A DNA stretch of 64,000 bases from Aggregatilineales bacterium (GTDB taxonomy: Bacteria > Chloroflexota > Anaerolineae > Aggregatilineales > Ch27). The stretch lies in contig JARKOQ010000218.1 of NCBI GenBank assembly GCA_029976005.1, positions 66,602 to 130,601 of the forward strand, in the 5' to 3' direction. How positions within the stretch are numbered: the stretch's first letter is position 1; the number at the start of each line of letters is the position of its first letter. The notes beneath the pieces are model-generated. The model did not search any database and was not told where the DNA came from. It was given only the letters and a program-made list of their open reading frames with translations. Shown here in pieces: positions 17,398 to 26,231 of the stretch. Position numbers and translations under genes: made by a program.

Positions 17398-18741
17398 CTA
17401 GTCGCCCAGTAGCTTGGCTTCGATCGAGGCTTGAAGTCGCTCGCGCACGCCTTCGAAGGGAATGCGTTCCATGATTGGCCCGAAGAAGCCATCGACCGCC
17501 AGTTTCTCGGCCTCCCGGCGCGGAATGCCCCGGCTCATCAGGTAGAACAGCGGCTCCTCGTCCAGCTTGGAGATGGTTGCCGCGTGGGTGCAGCGCACGT
17601 CGTCGGCCTTGATCTCCAGGCCGGGGATGCTGTCGGCCCGCGCCTCGCTGCTCAGGAGCAGGTTGCGATTGGCCTGGAAGCCGTCGGTTTTCTGAGCCAC
17701 CGGATCGACGTAGATCATGCCCTGCCAGACGCTGCGTGCCTTGTCCAGCAGTGCACCCTTGAACAGCAGGTCGGAGGTCGTGTTGGGCGCATTGTGGTTC
17801 TGCTGGGTGTCGTGATCCATGTGCTGACTGCCATCGGCGAAGTACAGCCCACTCATCCGGCCGGAGCTGCCCTGACCGTCCAAGTCAAGCTCCATGAACG
17901 TTTTGACCAGCTTGCCGCCCATCGCGCCGATCACCCAGTCGAGCGCGCCGTCCCGCTGGACGCGAGCGCGTTGATGGCTGAATTCGTACAGGTTCCCGGC
18001 CCAGTTCTGGAGGGCCACGTAACGCAGCCGTGCGCCTTCACCGACGAGGATTTCGGTCGCCCCCACGTAGGCTGCCTGTTCCTCGCGGTCAAGGGAGGCG
18101 TATTCGTGCATGTAGGTCACATCGGCGCCGTCTTCCAGCACGACCAGGATGTGACCGAGGCTCATCCCCGCCGAAACGGGATAAAACACGCTGTGCAGGG
18201 GAAGCTCCACCGTCACACCGCGCGGTACGTACAGAAAAACGCCGTGCGTCCACAGCGCGGCATGCAGGGCCGCGAATTTGCCATCCTCGGGCTTGACAGC
18301 CTGGGTCATCAAGAATTTCTCGACCAGGTCGCCATGCTCACGTACCGCCGTGTTCAGGTCGGTGAAGATGACACCTTTGGCGGCCAGGGCCGCGTCCAGC
18401 TCGCGGGCGGCCACGCTGGAATCGACGCAAGCGACCAATCCGCCCTGGCGATCGCCCAGCAGAGGCGCATAGTGTTCCGCCGGGATGACCTTCAGGTCGG
18501 CCGCGCCATCCGGCCGCAGTAGACTCCCGGCCTGCGCCCAACGAATGCGGCGGTAATCCGTCCGCCGCCAGGCTTCGTCCGAGGTGGACGGCATAGGCAG
18601 CGCTTCATAGAGTTCCCAGGCCGCGCGGCGGCGCTCGGCCAGCCAGCGCGGTTCATTGTTCAGCTTGATCAGGCCCTCGACATCCGCCAGCGCCAGCTCA
18701 GGCGCGGCCGGGGTCCTGGTTCGGGCAGCACTTACGGTCAC
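17398..18741 (-). CDS. sufD: Fe-S cluster assembly protein SufD
   Basis: 447 aa. Beta-helix core and a C-terminus ([23 protein letters not shown]) typical of SufD. Confidence 0.92.
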   Translation of the reverse strand: MTVSAARTRTPAAPELALADVEGLIKLNNEPRWLAERRRAAWELYEALPMPSTSDEAWRRTDYRRIRWAQAGSLLRPDGAADLKVIPAEHYAPLLGDRQGGLVACVDSSVAARELDAALAAKGVIFTDLNTAVREHGDLVEKFLMTQAVKPEDGKFAALHAALWTHGVFLYVPRGVTVELPLHSVFYPVSAGMSLGHILVVLEDGADVTYMHEYASLDREEQAAYVGATEILVGEGARLRYVALQNWAGNLYEFSHQRARVQRDGALDWVIGAMGGKLVKTFMELDLDGQGSSGRMSGLYFADGSQHMDHDTQQNHNAPNTTSDLLFKGALLDKARSVWQGMIYVDPVAQKTDGFQANRNLLLSSEARADSIPGLEIKADDVRCTHAATISKLDEEPLFYLMSRGIPRREAEKLAVDGFFGPIMERIPFEGVRERLQASIEAKLLGD

Positions 18742-18831
18742 AGCGACATCTCCTCAGACAGTCTCTTGCCACGCCACTCGTCCATGTGCAGGCAGGTCTG
18801 TTTTCCGACCTGCGCACCGGTTTCTTCAGGT

Positions 18832-20262
18832 TTAGCCGACCGAGCCTTCCATCTGGAGCCGGATCAGGCGATTCATCTCGACCGCGTACTCCATCGGCAG
18901 TTCCTTCACGAACGGCTCGATGAACCCGGCCACCACCATCGCGTTGGCCTCGTCTTCCGTCAGGCCGCGGCTCATCAGGTAGAAGAGCTGGTCTTCACCC
19001 ACTTTCGTCACCGAGGCTTCGTGCCCGACCGAGACATCCTGCTCCTCGATTTCGATGTAGGGATAGGTGTCCGACTGGCTGCCGCCGTCGAGCAGCAGAG
19101 CGTCGCAGACGACATTGCTGCGCGAGTTGACCGCGTTGGGGTGAATCTTGAGCAGTCCGCGATAGCTGCTGCGCCCGCCATCCTTGCAGATACTCTTGCT
19201 GATGATCTGGCTGCTGGTATTCGGCGCGAAGTGGATGATCTTGCCACCCGCATCCTGGTGCTGGCCCCTGCCCGCGAAAGCGATCGACAGAATTTCGCCA
19301 TGCGCGCCAGGTTCCATCAGGTAGCACGAGGGGTACTTCATCGTGACCTTGCTGCCCAGATTGGCGTCCACCCATTCCATGGAGCCGCCCGCGAAAACCT
19401 TGGAGCGCTGCGTCACCAGGTTGTAGACGTTGCTCGACCAGTTCTGGATCGTGGTGTAGCGACAGCGCGCGTTCTTCTTGACGATGATCTCGATCACGCC
19501 GGAATGCAGACTGTCACGGCTGTAGGTCGGGGCCGTGCAGCCCTCGACGTAATGCATGAACGCGCCTTCGTCGACGATGATCAGGGTCCGTTCGAACTGG
19601 CCCATGCTCTCCGCGTTGATGCGGAAGTAGGCCTGGAGCGGCATCTCGACCTTGACCCCCGGTGGGACGTACACAAACGATCCGCCGGACCAGACCGCGC
19701 TGTTGAGCGCCGCGTACTTATTGTCCGCCGCCGGCACCACCGTGCCGAAATACTCGCGGAACAGATCGGGGTGCTGCTTCAGCCCGTCGTCGATCGACAG
19801 GAAGATCACACCCTGGCGCTCCAGGTCTTCTCGGACACTGTGGTAGACCATCTCCGACTCATACTGCGCGCCCAGCCCGGCCAGGAACTTGCGCTCGGCC
19901 TCCGGGACGCCCAACCGGTCGAAGGTGCGCTTGATCTCGTCCGGCACGTCGTCCCAGGTGCGTTCGCTCTCCTCGGTCGGACGGATGTAGTAGTGAATGT
20001 CGTCGTAGTCGAGGCCCGACAGGTCGGCCCCCCAGGTGGGGACCGGCTTGCTGTTGTAAATCTCCAGCGACTTCAGGCGGAATTCGAGCATCCACTCCGG
20101 CTCGCCCTTAAGGCGGGAAATTTCGCGCACGACCGCCTCGGACAGGCCTTTCTGGCTCTTGTAGGCATACCGTTCCGGCGTGCTGAAGCCGTACTTCTCG
20201 GTATATTCGGCGTTGAGGTGCTTGAGGTCGCGTTCTTCCTGCGACAGGCGATCCATCACCAT
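18832..20262 (-). CDS. sufB: Fe-S cluster assembly scaffold SufB
   Basis: 476 aa, highly conserved SufB sequence ([12 protein letters not shown]..., [21 protein letters not shown]). The GGAGG SD lies inside the end of sufC. Confidence 0.95.
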   Translation of the reverse strand: MVMDRLSQEERDLKHLNAEYTEKYGFSTPERYAYKSQKGLSEAVVREISRLKGEPEWMLEFRLKSLEIYNSKPVPTWGADLSGLDYDDIHYYIRPTEESERTWDDVPDEIKRTFDRLGVPEAERKFLAGLGAQYESEMVYHSVREDLERQGVIFLSIDDGLKQHPDLFREYFGTVVPAADNKYAALNSAVWSGGSFVYVPPGVKVEMPLQAYFRINAESMGQFERTLIIVDEGAFMHYVEGCTAPTYSRDSLHSGVIEIIVKKNARCRYTTIQNWSSNVYNLVTQRSKVFAGGSMEWVDANLGSKVTMKYPSCYLMEPGAHGEILSIAFAGRGQHQDAGGKIIHFAPNTSSQIISKSICKDGGRSSYRGLLKIHPNAVNSRSNVVCDALLLDGGSQSDTYPYIEIEEQDVSVGHEASVTKVGEDQLFYLMSRGLTEDEANAMVVAGFIEPFVKELPMEYAVEMNRLIRLQMEGSVG

Positions 20263-20265
20263 GCG

Positions 20266-21048
20266 CTAATCCTCCGTGGGAACCAGGCCGTATTTTTCGA
20301 AGAAGGGCTTGTAGCCACTGGTTTCCAGCACGTCCGTCAGCTCCGGCCCGCCGCTCTCCACGATGCGGCCGTCCATCAGGATGTGCACGTGCTGCGGCTG
20401 GATGTAGTCCAGAATACGTTTGTAGTGGGTGATCACGAGCACACCCAGGCTGGGGCCCACCAGCCGGTTGACGCCGCTCGCCACGATGCGCAGGGCGTCG
20501 ATGTCCAGGCCAGAGTCGGTTTCATCCAGCACGGCGATCTTGGGCTGGAGCACCGCCATCTGCAGAATCTCGGCGCGTTTCTTTTCGCCGCCGCTGAAGC
20601 CGTCGTTCAGGTAGCGCCCGGCGAAGTCCTGGCTGATTTCGAGGTACTGCATCTTGTCAACCAGGAGCCGGCGGAACTCCGGGATGGAAATCCCCTTGTC
20701 GTCCGGATTCTGGTCGCGGCGGCGGGCATTGATCGCCGAGCGCAGGAAGTTGGCCAGCGTCACGCCCGGAATCGCCACCGGGTACTGGAAGGCCAGGAAC
20801 AGCCCCAACCGGCTGCGCACGTCCGGCTCCAGGTCCAGAATGTCGACGCCGTCGAAGATGATCTGCCCGCCGGTCACTTCATAGGCGGGGTTGCCCATCA
20901 GGACGTTCGCCAGTGTGCTTTTGCCGGAGCCATTCGGCCCCATCAGAGCGTGAGTTTCGCCCTGCTTGATGGTCAGATTAACACCCTTCAGAATCGGGCT
21001 GCCTTCCACGTTCGCGTGAAGGTTCCGAATTTCCAGTGCAGCAACCAT
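20266..21048 (-). CDS. sufC: Fe-S cluster assembly ATPase SufC
   Basis: 260 aa from MVAALEIRNLH. Walker A is GPNGSGKST, signature is FSGGEKKR, Walker B is VLDETDSGLD. Confidence 0.95.
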   Translation of the reverse strand: MVAALEIRNLHANVEGSPILKGVNLTIKQGETHALMGPNGSGKSTLANVLMGNPAYEVTGGQIIFDGVDILDLEPDVRSRLGLFLAFQYPVAIPGVTLANFLRSAINARRRDQNPDDKGISIPEFRRLLVDKMQYLEISQDFAGRYLNDGFSGGEKKRAEILQMAVLQPKIAVLDETDSGLDIDALRIVASGVNRLVGPSLGVLVITHYKRILDYIQPQHVHILMDGRIVESGGPELTDVLETSGYKPFFEKYGLVPTED

Positions 21049-21094
21049 ACGAGCCGTCGCCTCCTCAAACACAATCCCTGCAAAGATGCCGTGA

Positions 21095-21123
21095 ATTTTA
21101 CCATGCCGGACGGAGAGTGTCAA
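21095..21123 (-). promoter_or_regulatory. Near-consensus promoter TTGACA-17-(TGG)TAAAAT for sufCBD
   Basis: Minus strand has TTGACA (21123-21118), a 17-nt spacer ending in TGG, and TAAAAT (21100-21095), about 45 nt upstream of ATG 21048. Confidence 0.6.
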
Positions 21124-21128
21124 TAAAA

Positions 21129-21160
21129 CAGATAAAAATCTACTTTATTGACTTTATCTG
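21129..21160. promoter_or_regulatory. Candidate SufR operator: 8-bp perfect inverted repeat CAGATAAA-N16-TTTATCTG
   Basis: Sits just upstream of the sufC -35 and overlaps the sufR -35 in an AT-rich divergent control region. Confidence 0.5.
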
Positions 21161-21176
21161 CGGATTGCGCTATCCT
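21148..21176 (+). promoter_or_regulatory. Promoter TTGACT-17-TATCCT for sufR-sufT
   Basis: TTGACT at 21148-21153, 17-nt spacer, TATCCT at 21171-21176, about 80 nt before ATG 21258. Confidence 0.5.
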
Positions 21177-21257
21177 GGGCAGCGTGAGGGTCGGGATACT
21201 GACTGTGGATTTACCCTTCACACCCGAATCGCATGGAAGCAAAGTGGTCATACCGGT

Positions 21258-21908
21258 ATGCGTGAAACCCGTCAGGCTGTCCTCGAGCACATCAAACGCA
21301 AAGGGAACGTCACCGTCACCGAGATCGCCGATCTGCTGGATATCTCGCCCGTTACCGTCCGCCACCACCTGTACGCCTTGATGGCCGACGGGCTGGTGGA
21401 GCGCGCGTCGCTGCGCCGCGGCGTGGGCCGCCCGGAACACACCTATTCGCTGACCGGGGCCGGGCAGCGGCTGTTCCCCAGCCGTTACCACGTCCTGACC
21501 GCCCACCTGATCAACGTCCTCAAAACCTTCCGATCCGAGGAGGATGTCCGCAACCTGCTGGAAGGCATCGTACGCCGGCTTCTTCTGGCCCCCGGCGAAC
21601 GCGACGGTCTCACCCCCCAGCAGCGCCTCGCCCGGTTGGAAGCCCACTTTCAGGCCAACGACATTCCGATCCAGATCCGGTACGTCGAAGGCAGCCAGGC
21701 GCTTCTGGAGCTGCGCTGCCCGTACTACTACGTCAGCCAGTTCCACCCGGAGCTGTGTTCCATCGACGCACAGGTGATCGGGGAATTCCTGCACCTGCCC
21801 ATGCAACGGACGGGGTGTTTGCGGAATGGCGATCGATCGTGTAGTTTCATCATCACGCTGGTTGACGAGCCTGTTGTTGGCACGCCTGTAGAGACTGGGA
21901 GCGACTGA
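21258..21908 (+). CDS. sufR: SufR-type winged-helix transcriptional regulator (Fe-S sensing)
   Basis: 216 aa from MRETRQAVLEHIKRKGNVTVTEIADLL (ArsR/DeoR-like wHTH). C-terminal Cys pattern is C-x12-C-x19-C-x7-C. Divergent from sufCBD. Confidence 0.8.
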   Translation: MRETRQAVLEHIKRKGNVTVTEIADLLDISPVTVRHHLYALMADGLVERASLRRGVGRPEHTYSLTGAGQRLFPSRYHVLTAHLINVLKTFRSEEDVRNLLEGIVRRLLLAPGERDGLTPQQRLARLEAHFQANDIPIQIRYVEGSQALLELRCPYYYVSQFHPELCSIDAQVIGEFLHLPMQRTGCLRNGDRSCSFIITLVDEPVVGTPVETGSD

Positions 21909-22222
21909 TGAGCGAGCCTACCCCCGCCCTCTCCAAGGAGGATCAGGTCCGCGAAGCATTGCGGGCCGTGGTCGATCCGGAGATCGGTTTGAACGTGATC
22001 GAGTTGGGTCTGATCCGGCGCATCGACATCGACGCCAACAGCGCCCACGTGGTCATGATCCTGACGACCCCCTTCTGCCCCTACGCCCCCGCCCTGCTGG
22101 AGCAGACGCGCGCCGTCGCGCAGCAGACCCTGGGCGTGCCCACCACGATCGAGATGGGCCGCGAGATGTGGGATCCCAGTTTCATGGAAGACGGCGCGCT
22201 GGCCGACTGGGGACTGTTCTAG
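21908..22222 (+). CDS. sufT: DUF59 / SufT-like Fe-S assembly factor
   Basis: 104 aa. VVDPEIGLNVIELGLI...TTPFCPY is the DUF59 signature. The start overlaps the sufR stop (TGATG). Confidence 0.88.
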   Translation: MSEPTPALSKEDQVREALRAVVDPEIGLNVIELGLIRRIDIDANSAHVVMILTTPFCPYAPALLEQTRAVAQQTLGVPTTIEMGREMWDPSFMEDGALADWGLF

Positions 22223-22233
22223 CTCAAAAACAG

Positions 22234-22256
22234 AAGGCGGGCGCGATGCCCGCCTT
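22234..22256 (-). terminator. Hairpin terminator between convergent sufT and the M23 hydrolase gene
   Basis: AAGGCGGGC-GCGAT-GCCCGCCTT. The minus-strand reading is followed by CTGTTTTTG. Confidence 0.6.
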
Positions 22257-22277
22257 CCCGATGTTCCTTGCCGCCGC

Positions 22278-24095
22278 CTAGGGTTCCGGCGGCCGGTTCT
22301 CCTGCACGAACAGACGCGGATCGACATAGTTCAGGAGCAGGTTGTTCAGGTCGAGCTTCGGCCAGTGCCACGGCTCGGTCTGGAGGATGGACGTCGGGCT
22401 GAGGTCGAAGTGCAGGTGATAGGGGAACGCCCCTTCCGCATTGCCCACGCTGGCGATCTGCTCCCCACGCGAGACGCGCTGTCCGACCTGGACGCGCATG
22501 TTTTCCACGTGCGCATAGCGGCCATACATGACCTTGCCCGAAGTCAGCAGGGGATCGTGCTTGATACAGATCACGTTCCCCCACCCCGCCAGCCGGCCGG
22601 CATGGGTCACCACGCCGCTGGCGGCGGAATAGACCGGGCTGTGCGCGTCGGCATCCCAGGCCGGTTCGTTCAGGTTGATGTCCGCCCCGGTGTGATAGGC
22701 CTCGTAGGGTGTCCCGATCCGGTAACGCACCGCGTAACCCGTCGCGTCGAACCACTTCCCCGGCCACATCTGCGTGCTGAGGCGTTCCTCCACTGTCCCG
22801 AACGGCGCGTCGTAACCGTCCGCCAGATACTGCGTGGTGGGGACGACGTTCAGCACCTGCCGCCAGCGCATCGCGTCGAACGCGACTTCCAGCCCAATCT
22901 CGCCGGTGAGATCGTTCAGGAACACCAGGCCGGCGGTCGGGTTGTCGGCGTTAAAACGGAAGACTCCCAGCGGCGTCCAGATGTTGCTCAAGCGGCCTTG
23001 CGGGACGTTGACCGACACCTCACCGCTCCGACCCTCGACGCTGTGCACCTTCAGACGAGCACCCGCCGTCGTGGCATGCTGGTTGGGTACATAAGCAGAA
23101 ATCTCGTACCAGCCACTCTCGGTAAGCTGCGGGTCCCAGCGCGCCCACACCTGGCTGCGCCGCGTCTGAGTCGGACGATAGTACGCCTTCCAGCCCTTGC
23201 TGTTCTGGAACGCGGTGAAGACCTGCTCCGGCGGCTGGGTTGTATGCGTGCCAAAAGCAAAACGGGGGTCCTGCGCCGTCACGACGATGGATTTGCCGAA
23301 TCGCCCCTCATCCGGCGCGGGCTGCTTGCCTGAAACCGGCACGTTGATCGAAGCCCACTGCGCACTGTTGATCACCCCCAGCCGCCACCAACTCACGCCG
23401 GTCGCCTTTTGCTTCTCCAGGGAGCGCACGCGCGCCAGATCCATGCCCGCCGGTTTCGCGTTGCCTTGCAGGATGGGAAACAGCGGACGACCGAAATTGC
23501 GCCACGTCCGGAACGCCTCGTCGACCGACTCCTCAGGGTCCTTCTGGAAGGTCTCCCAGTAAATCATCAGATGCACGCTGTCGATGAACGGAAACCACTG
23601 ATCGGGGTAGATCGAGCTGTAATGCTGCGGGCGCGGATCGACCGAGATACCGATGTGGAATCCCGAAGGCACCCCTTGCCGGATGCGAGTCATGTAGGGC
23701 CGAATCTGATCCTTGCCGCCTTCCCAGAATCCGGCGTACGGCTCAATGTCCAGAATCATGGAGCGCACCCCGGCCTGCTGGCACGCCGCGATGATCAGGT
23801 CCGTTTCGGCGACCAGATCGCGCCCCTTGGGCACGCACCAGGCATGGAACTCCAGGCCGTTGGCCTCCAGGGCCTGCACCCAGCGCTTGATGCTGTCCGT
23901 GCCGTCGATCGCCAGATCACGGTCGGTGTCGTAGGTGCCCTGCCAGCGGCTGCCATCGCTGGTCTTGACCAAGATCTGCTTGACGTTGGGGGCCCAGGTC
24001 TTGAGCGTGGTCGCCACAGCCTGGATGGTCTCCTCGACCAGCGAGTCGCCCTTCCACTGCCAGACGCCAATCTTGCCATCGTAAGGTGTCGTCAT
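22278..24095 (-). CDS. Three-domain cell-wall hydrolase: N-terminal GH-like TIM-barrel-type domain, middle beta domain, C-terminal M23 peptidase
   Basis: 605 aa. M23 motifs are HTGADINLN and YHLHFDLS. GAGGAGG SD before ATG 24095. No signal peptide or TM segment is visible. Confidence 0.88.
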   Translation of the reverse strand: MTTPYDGKIGVWQWKGDSLVEETIQAVATTLKTWAPNVKQILVKTSDGSRWQGTYDTDRDLAIDGTDSIKRWVQALEANGLEFHAWCVPKGRDLVAETDLIIAACQQAGVRSMILDIEPYAGFWEGGKDQIRPYMTRIRQGVPSGFHIGISVDPRPQHYSSIYPDQWFPFIDSVHLMIYWETFQKDPEESVDEAFRTWRNFGRPLFPILQGNAKPAGMDLARVRSLEKQKATGVSWWRLGVINSAQWASINVPVSGKQPAPDEGRFGKSIVVTAQDPRFAFGTHTTQPPEQVFTAFQNSKGWKAYYRPTQTRRSQVWARWDPQLTESGWYEISAYVPNQHATTAGARLKVHSVEGRSGEVSVNVPQGRLSNIWTPLGVFRFNADNPTAGLVFLNDLTGEIGLEVAFDAMRWRQVLNVVPTTQYLADGYDAPFGTVEERLSTQMWPGKWFDATGYAVRYRIGTPYEAYHTGADINLNEPAWDADAHSPVYSAASGVVTHAGRLAGWGNVICIKHDPLLTSGKVMYGRYAHVENMRVQVGQRVSRGEQIASVGNAEGAFPYHLHFDLSPTSILQTEPWHWPKLDLNNLLLNYVDPRLFVQENRPPEP

Positions 24096-24140
24096 CACTC
24101 CTCCTCAAACACACAGACTTTGCCCGCCGCGATCCGGCCG

Positions 24141-26054
24141 TCAGCGAGTGCGCAGGTGAACCGGTGGGCGATGGCCCTGAATAAACGCCAGGGGATCCAC
24201 ATAATGCTTCAGCAGCGCCTGATAGTCCAGCCCCGGCCAGTGGCCCGGATGCTGGGCCACCACCCCGCTGATGCACAGGTCGAAATGCAGGTGGTAGGGC
24301 GCGCTGGCTGGTTCCGGCTTGCCCACGACCGCGATCTGCCGCCCGCGTGGAACCAGCTCACCCAGCCTGACCTTGACCTCGTCGAGATGGGCATACCGCG
24401 ACCAGAGCGGATTGCCGTCGGCCTCCAGCGGGTCGTGCCGGATCACGACCACCTGCCCCCAGGTCTTGAGCCGGGCCGCGAAGACCACCATGCCGTTGGC
24501 GACCGCGTAGACGGGCGCGCCCCGGTCGGCATCCCAGCGCGGCACGTTCAGGTTGAGATCGGCCCCGGTGTGCAGCGAAGACCCGGCAGCGCTGTCGGGA
24601 AAGCGCCGGCCGAAAGGCATGGCGTCAATCCAGTCGCCCGGCCAGACGCGATCCGAAGCGCGCTCCAGAGCCGTCCCCACCGGCGCATCGTACCCATCCG
24701 CCAGGCGGGGCTGGCCCACATCGCCGGAGACACGCATCCAGCAGATCGGAGAAAACGCAATCTCCCGGCCGCTTTCGCCCGTCAGATTGGTGATGTTGAC
24801 CGCGCCGGAATCGGGCCGCGAGCCATCCAGATCGAACACCCCCAGCGGCACGTAGCGATCGTAGTAGCGGTTCTGGTCGATCTCCACCACCACGGTCGTA
24901 TCCTGCCCGACGACACCTCGGATGTGGTAGCGCGCCCGGCGCGTGGTGGCGTGCGTACCCGGCACATACACGGAAATCTCGTACTTGCCGCTCTCCTTGA
25001 TGCCCGGCGTCCACTGTGCCCACAGGGTGCTGCGCGTGGGATGGGTGGCCGCGTATTTGACCGGCCCCTGCGTCGTGGTCATCGTCGCGAAGCGGATCGT
25101 GGACTGGCCGTATATTCCGTCCAGATAGCGCCCATCCCCCGGCGGGATGACTTCGACGCCGTCAGCCAGGGGGTCCACGTCGATCGGCGGGCGTTGGTGG
25201 TCGTCCCCGGAGTCCTGTACCGGCCACGGATATCCCGCCACCGCGTCCCAGAGCTGCGTCCCGCTGAAGCGCGGATTCTTGCCGTCATTCCGGGCGTGCT
25301 GCCAGCTCCAGAAATTCGCCGCCGGCAGACCCAGGGCTTTCACCTGGTTGAGGAACAGCTCGATCTGCTGCGGCGTGGCCGTCCACTCGATCGAGCCGTA
25401 ACGCTCGCCGTAGGCGGCTCCGGTTGGGACGTACGGCAGGTCGGGGTAGCGGCGGTGATACTGGTCGTAATTCGTGCGCAGCGCGGCCACCGGATCGCCG
25501 CCGTCGCGGGCGATCCAGTAAATCTGAGGCATCAGGAGATCGGATTGGGCTACGAACTCATCGATTGGGAAGCGGCGCGATCGCGGCCAGTCGGCCGGGT
25601 CCTGGCCGTCGGGATCGCGATACAGGCTGAACGCGATCAAGGGCCGGTCCGCGCCCTGGCCGAGGTCCTGGCGCAAAGTCGCCATGAACTGGCGGGCGCC
25701 GTCGAACTGGCCGACATACTGGCTCTGCGGGTTGACGACCAGCCCATCCAGCTTCCACTGCCGGACGCGGCTGGCGGCGCGATGCGCCTCCATGACCGGG
25801 TTCTTGCCCTGCGTGTGGGTGAGGCCCCAGACCCGGAGTCCGGCGGTCTGGAAGGCACGAATCGCCCGGTCGGTCATCTGCTCGATCTGGCCGTTGGGGT
25901 CTTGCGATGGCAGAGGAAAGTTGAACTCCCCGTCCGTGACCTTGAAGATCACGTGGGAAATCTGGGCCTGGCGCGCCAGCGCCACCAGGCGGTCGGCCGC
26001 GCCGCCGTCGGCATTCTGCACCTGCCAGATGTAGATCCCTTTGCCCTGCAGCAC
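24141..26054 (-). CDS. Paralogous three-domain cell-wall hydrolase (GH-like domain, beta domain, M23 peptidase)
   Basis: 637 aa. HTGADLNLN and YHLHFDLC. The middle domain aligns with its neighbour (YEISVYVPGTHATT...LGVFDL...). AAGGAG lies 7 nt before GTG 26054. Confidence 0.88.
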   Translation of the reverse strand: MLQGKGIYIWQVQNADGGAADRLVALARQAQISHVIFKVTDGEFNFPLPSQDPNGQIEQMTDRAIRAFQTAGLRVWGLTHTQGKNPVMEAHRAASRVRQWKLDGLVVNPQSQYVGQFDGARQFMATLRQDLGQGADRPLIAFSLYRDPDGQDPADWPRSRRFPIDEFVAQSDLLMPQIYWIARDGGDPVAALRTNYDQYHRRYPDLPYVPTGAAYGERYGSIEWTATPQQIELFLNQVKALGLPAANFWSWQHARNDGKNPRFSGTQLWDAVAGYPWPVQDSGDDHQRPPIDVDPLADGVEVIPPGDGRYLDGIYGQSTIRFATMTTTQGPVKYAATHPTRSTLWAQWTPGIKESGKYEISVYVPGTHATTRRARYHIRGVVGQDTTVVVEIDQNRYYDRYVPLGVFDLDGSRPDSGAVNITNLTGESGREIAFSPICWMRVSGDVGQPRLADGYDAPVGTALERASDRVWPGDWIDAMPFGRRFPDSAAGSSLHTGADLNLNVPRWDADRGAPVYAVANGMVVFAARLKTWGQVVVIRHDPLEADGNPLWSRYAHLDEVKVRLGELVPRGRQIAVVGKPEPASAPYHLHFDLCISGVVAQHPGHWPGLDYQALLKHYVDPLAFIQGHRPPVHLRTR

Positions 26055-26096
26055 CGGTCGCTCCTTTGCCCCATGTCGCCCTTCGGTTTGAAACGG

Positions 26097-26122
26097 ATTC
26101 TAAACCCTCCCCAGTCATTGTA
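26097..26122 (-). promoter_or_regulatory. Two -10-like hexamers (TACAAT, TAGAAT) upstream of the hydrolase pair
   Basis: Minus strand has TACAAT at 26122-26117 and TAGAAT at 26102-26097, downstream of the selD terminator and 40-65 nt before GTG 26054. Confidence 0.4.
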
Positions 26123-26173
26123 CGAACAACTGGCCCGGACGCAACTCCCGGCCCCGGAGACCGTCACTCCGCC

Positions 26174-26200
26174 AAACAAAAACCGGGCCGCATGGCCCGG
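26174..26200 (-). terminator. Rho-independent terminator of selD
   Basis: Minus strand reads CCGGGCC-ATGC-GGCCCGG followed by TTTTTGTTTG, 32 nt after the selD stop. Confidence 0.8.
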
Positions 26201-26231
26201 ATGTGCTGATTCGTATAGATGTCGTGCTTCC

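Noticed and set aside
18766-21126. 786-aa plus-strand ORF opposite sufB and sufC. Similar shadows lie at 1386-2600, 8636-10174, 14774-16921, 28426-29922, 39745-41004, 58541-60109 and 61205-62512.
   Set aside because: All are antisense or out-of-frame relative to highly conserved genes (SufB/SufC, AAA+, SRPBCC, SDR, MutS, IF-2, NusA) and show Arg/Gly/Asp/His-rich nonsense composition.
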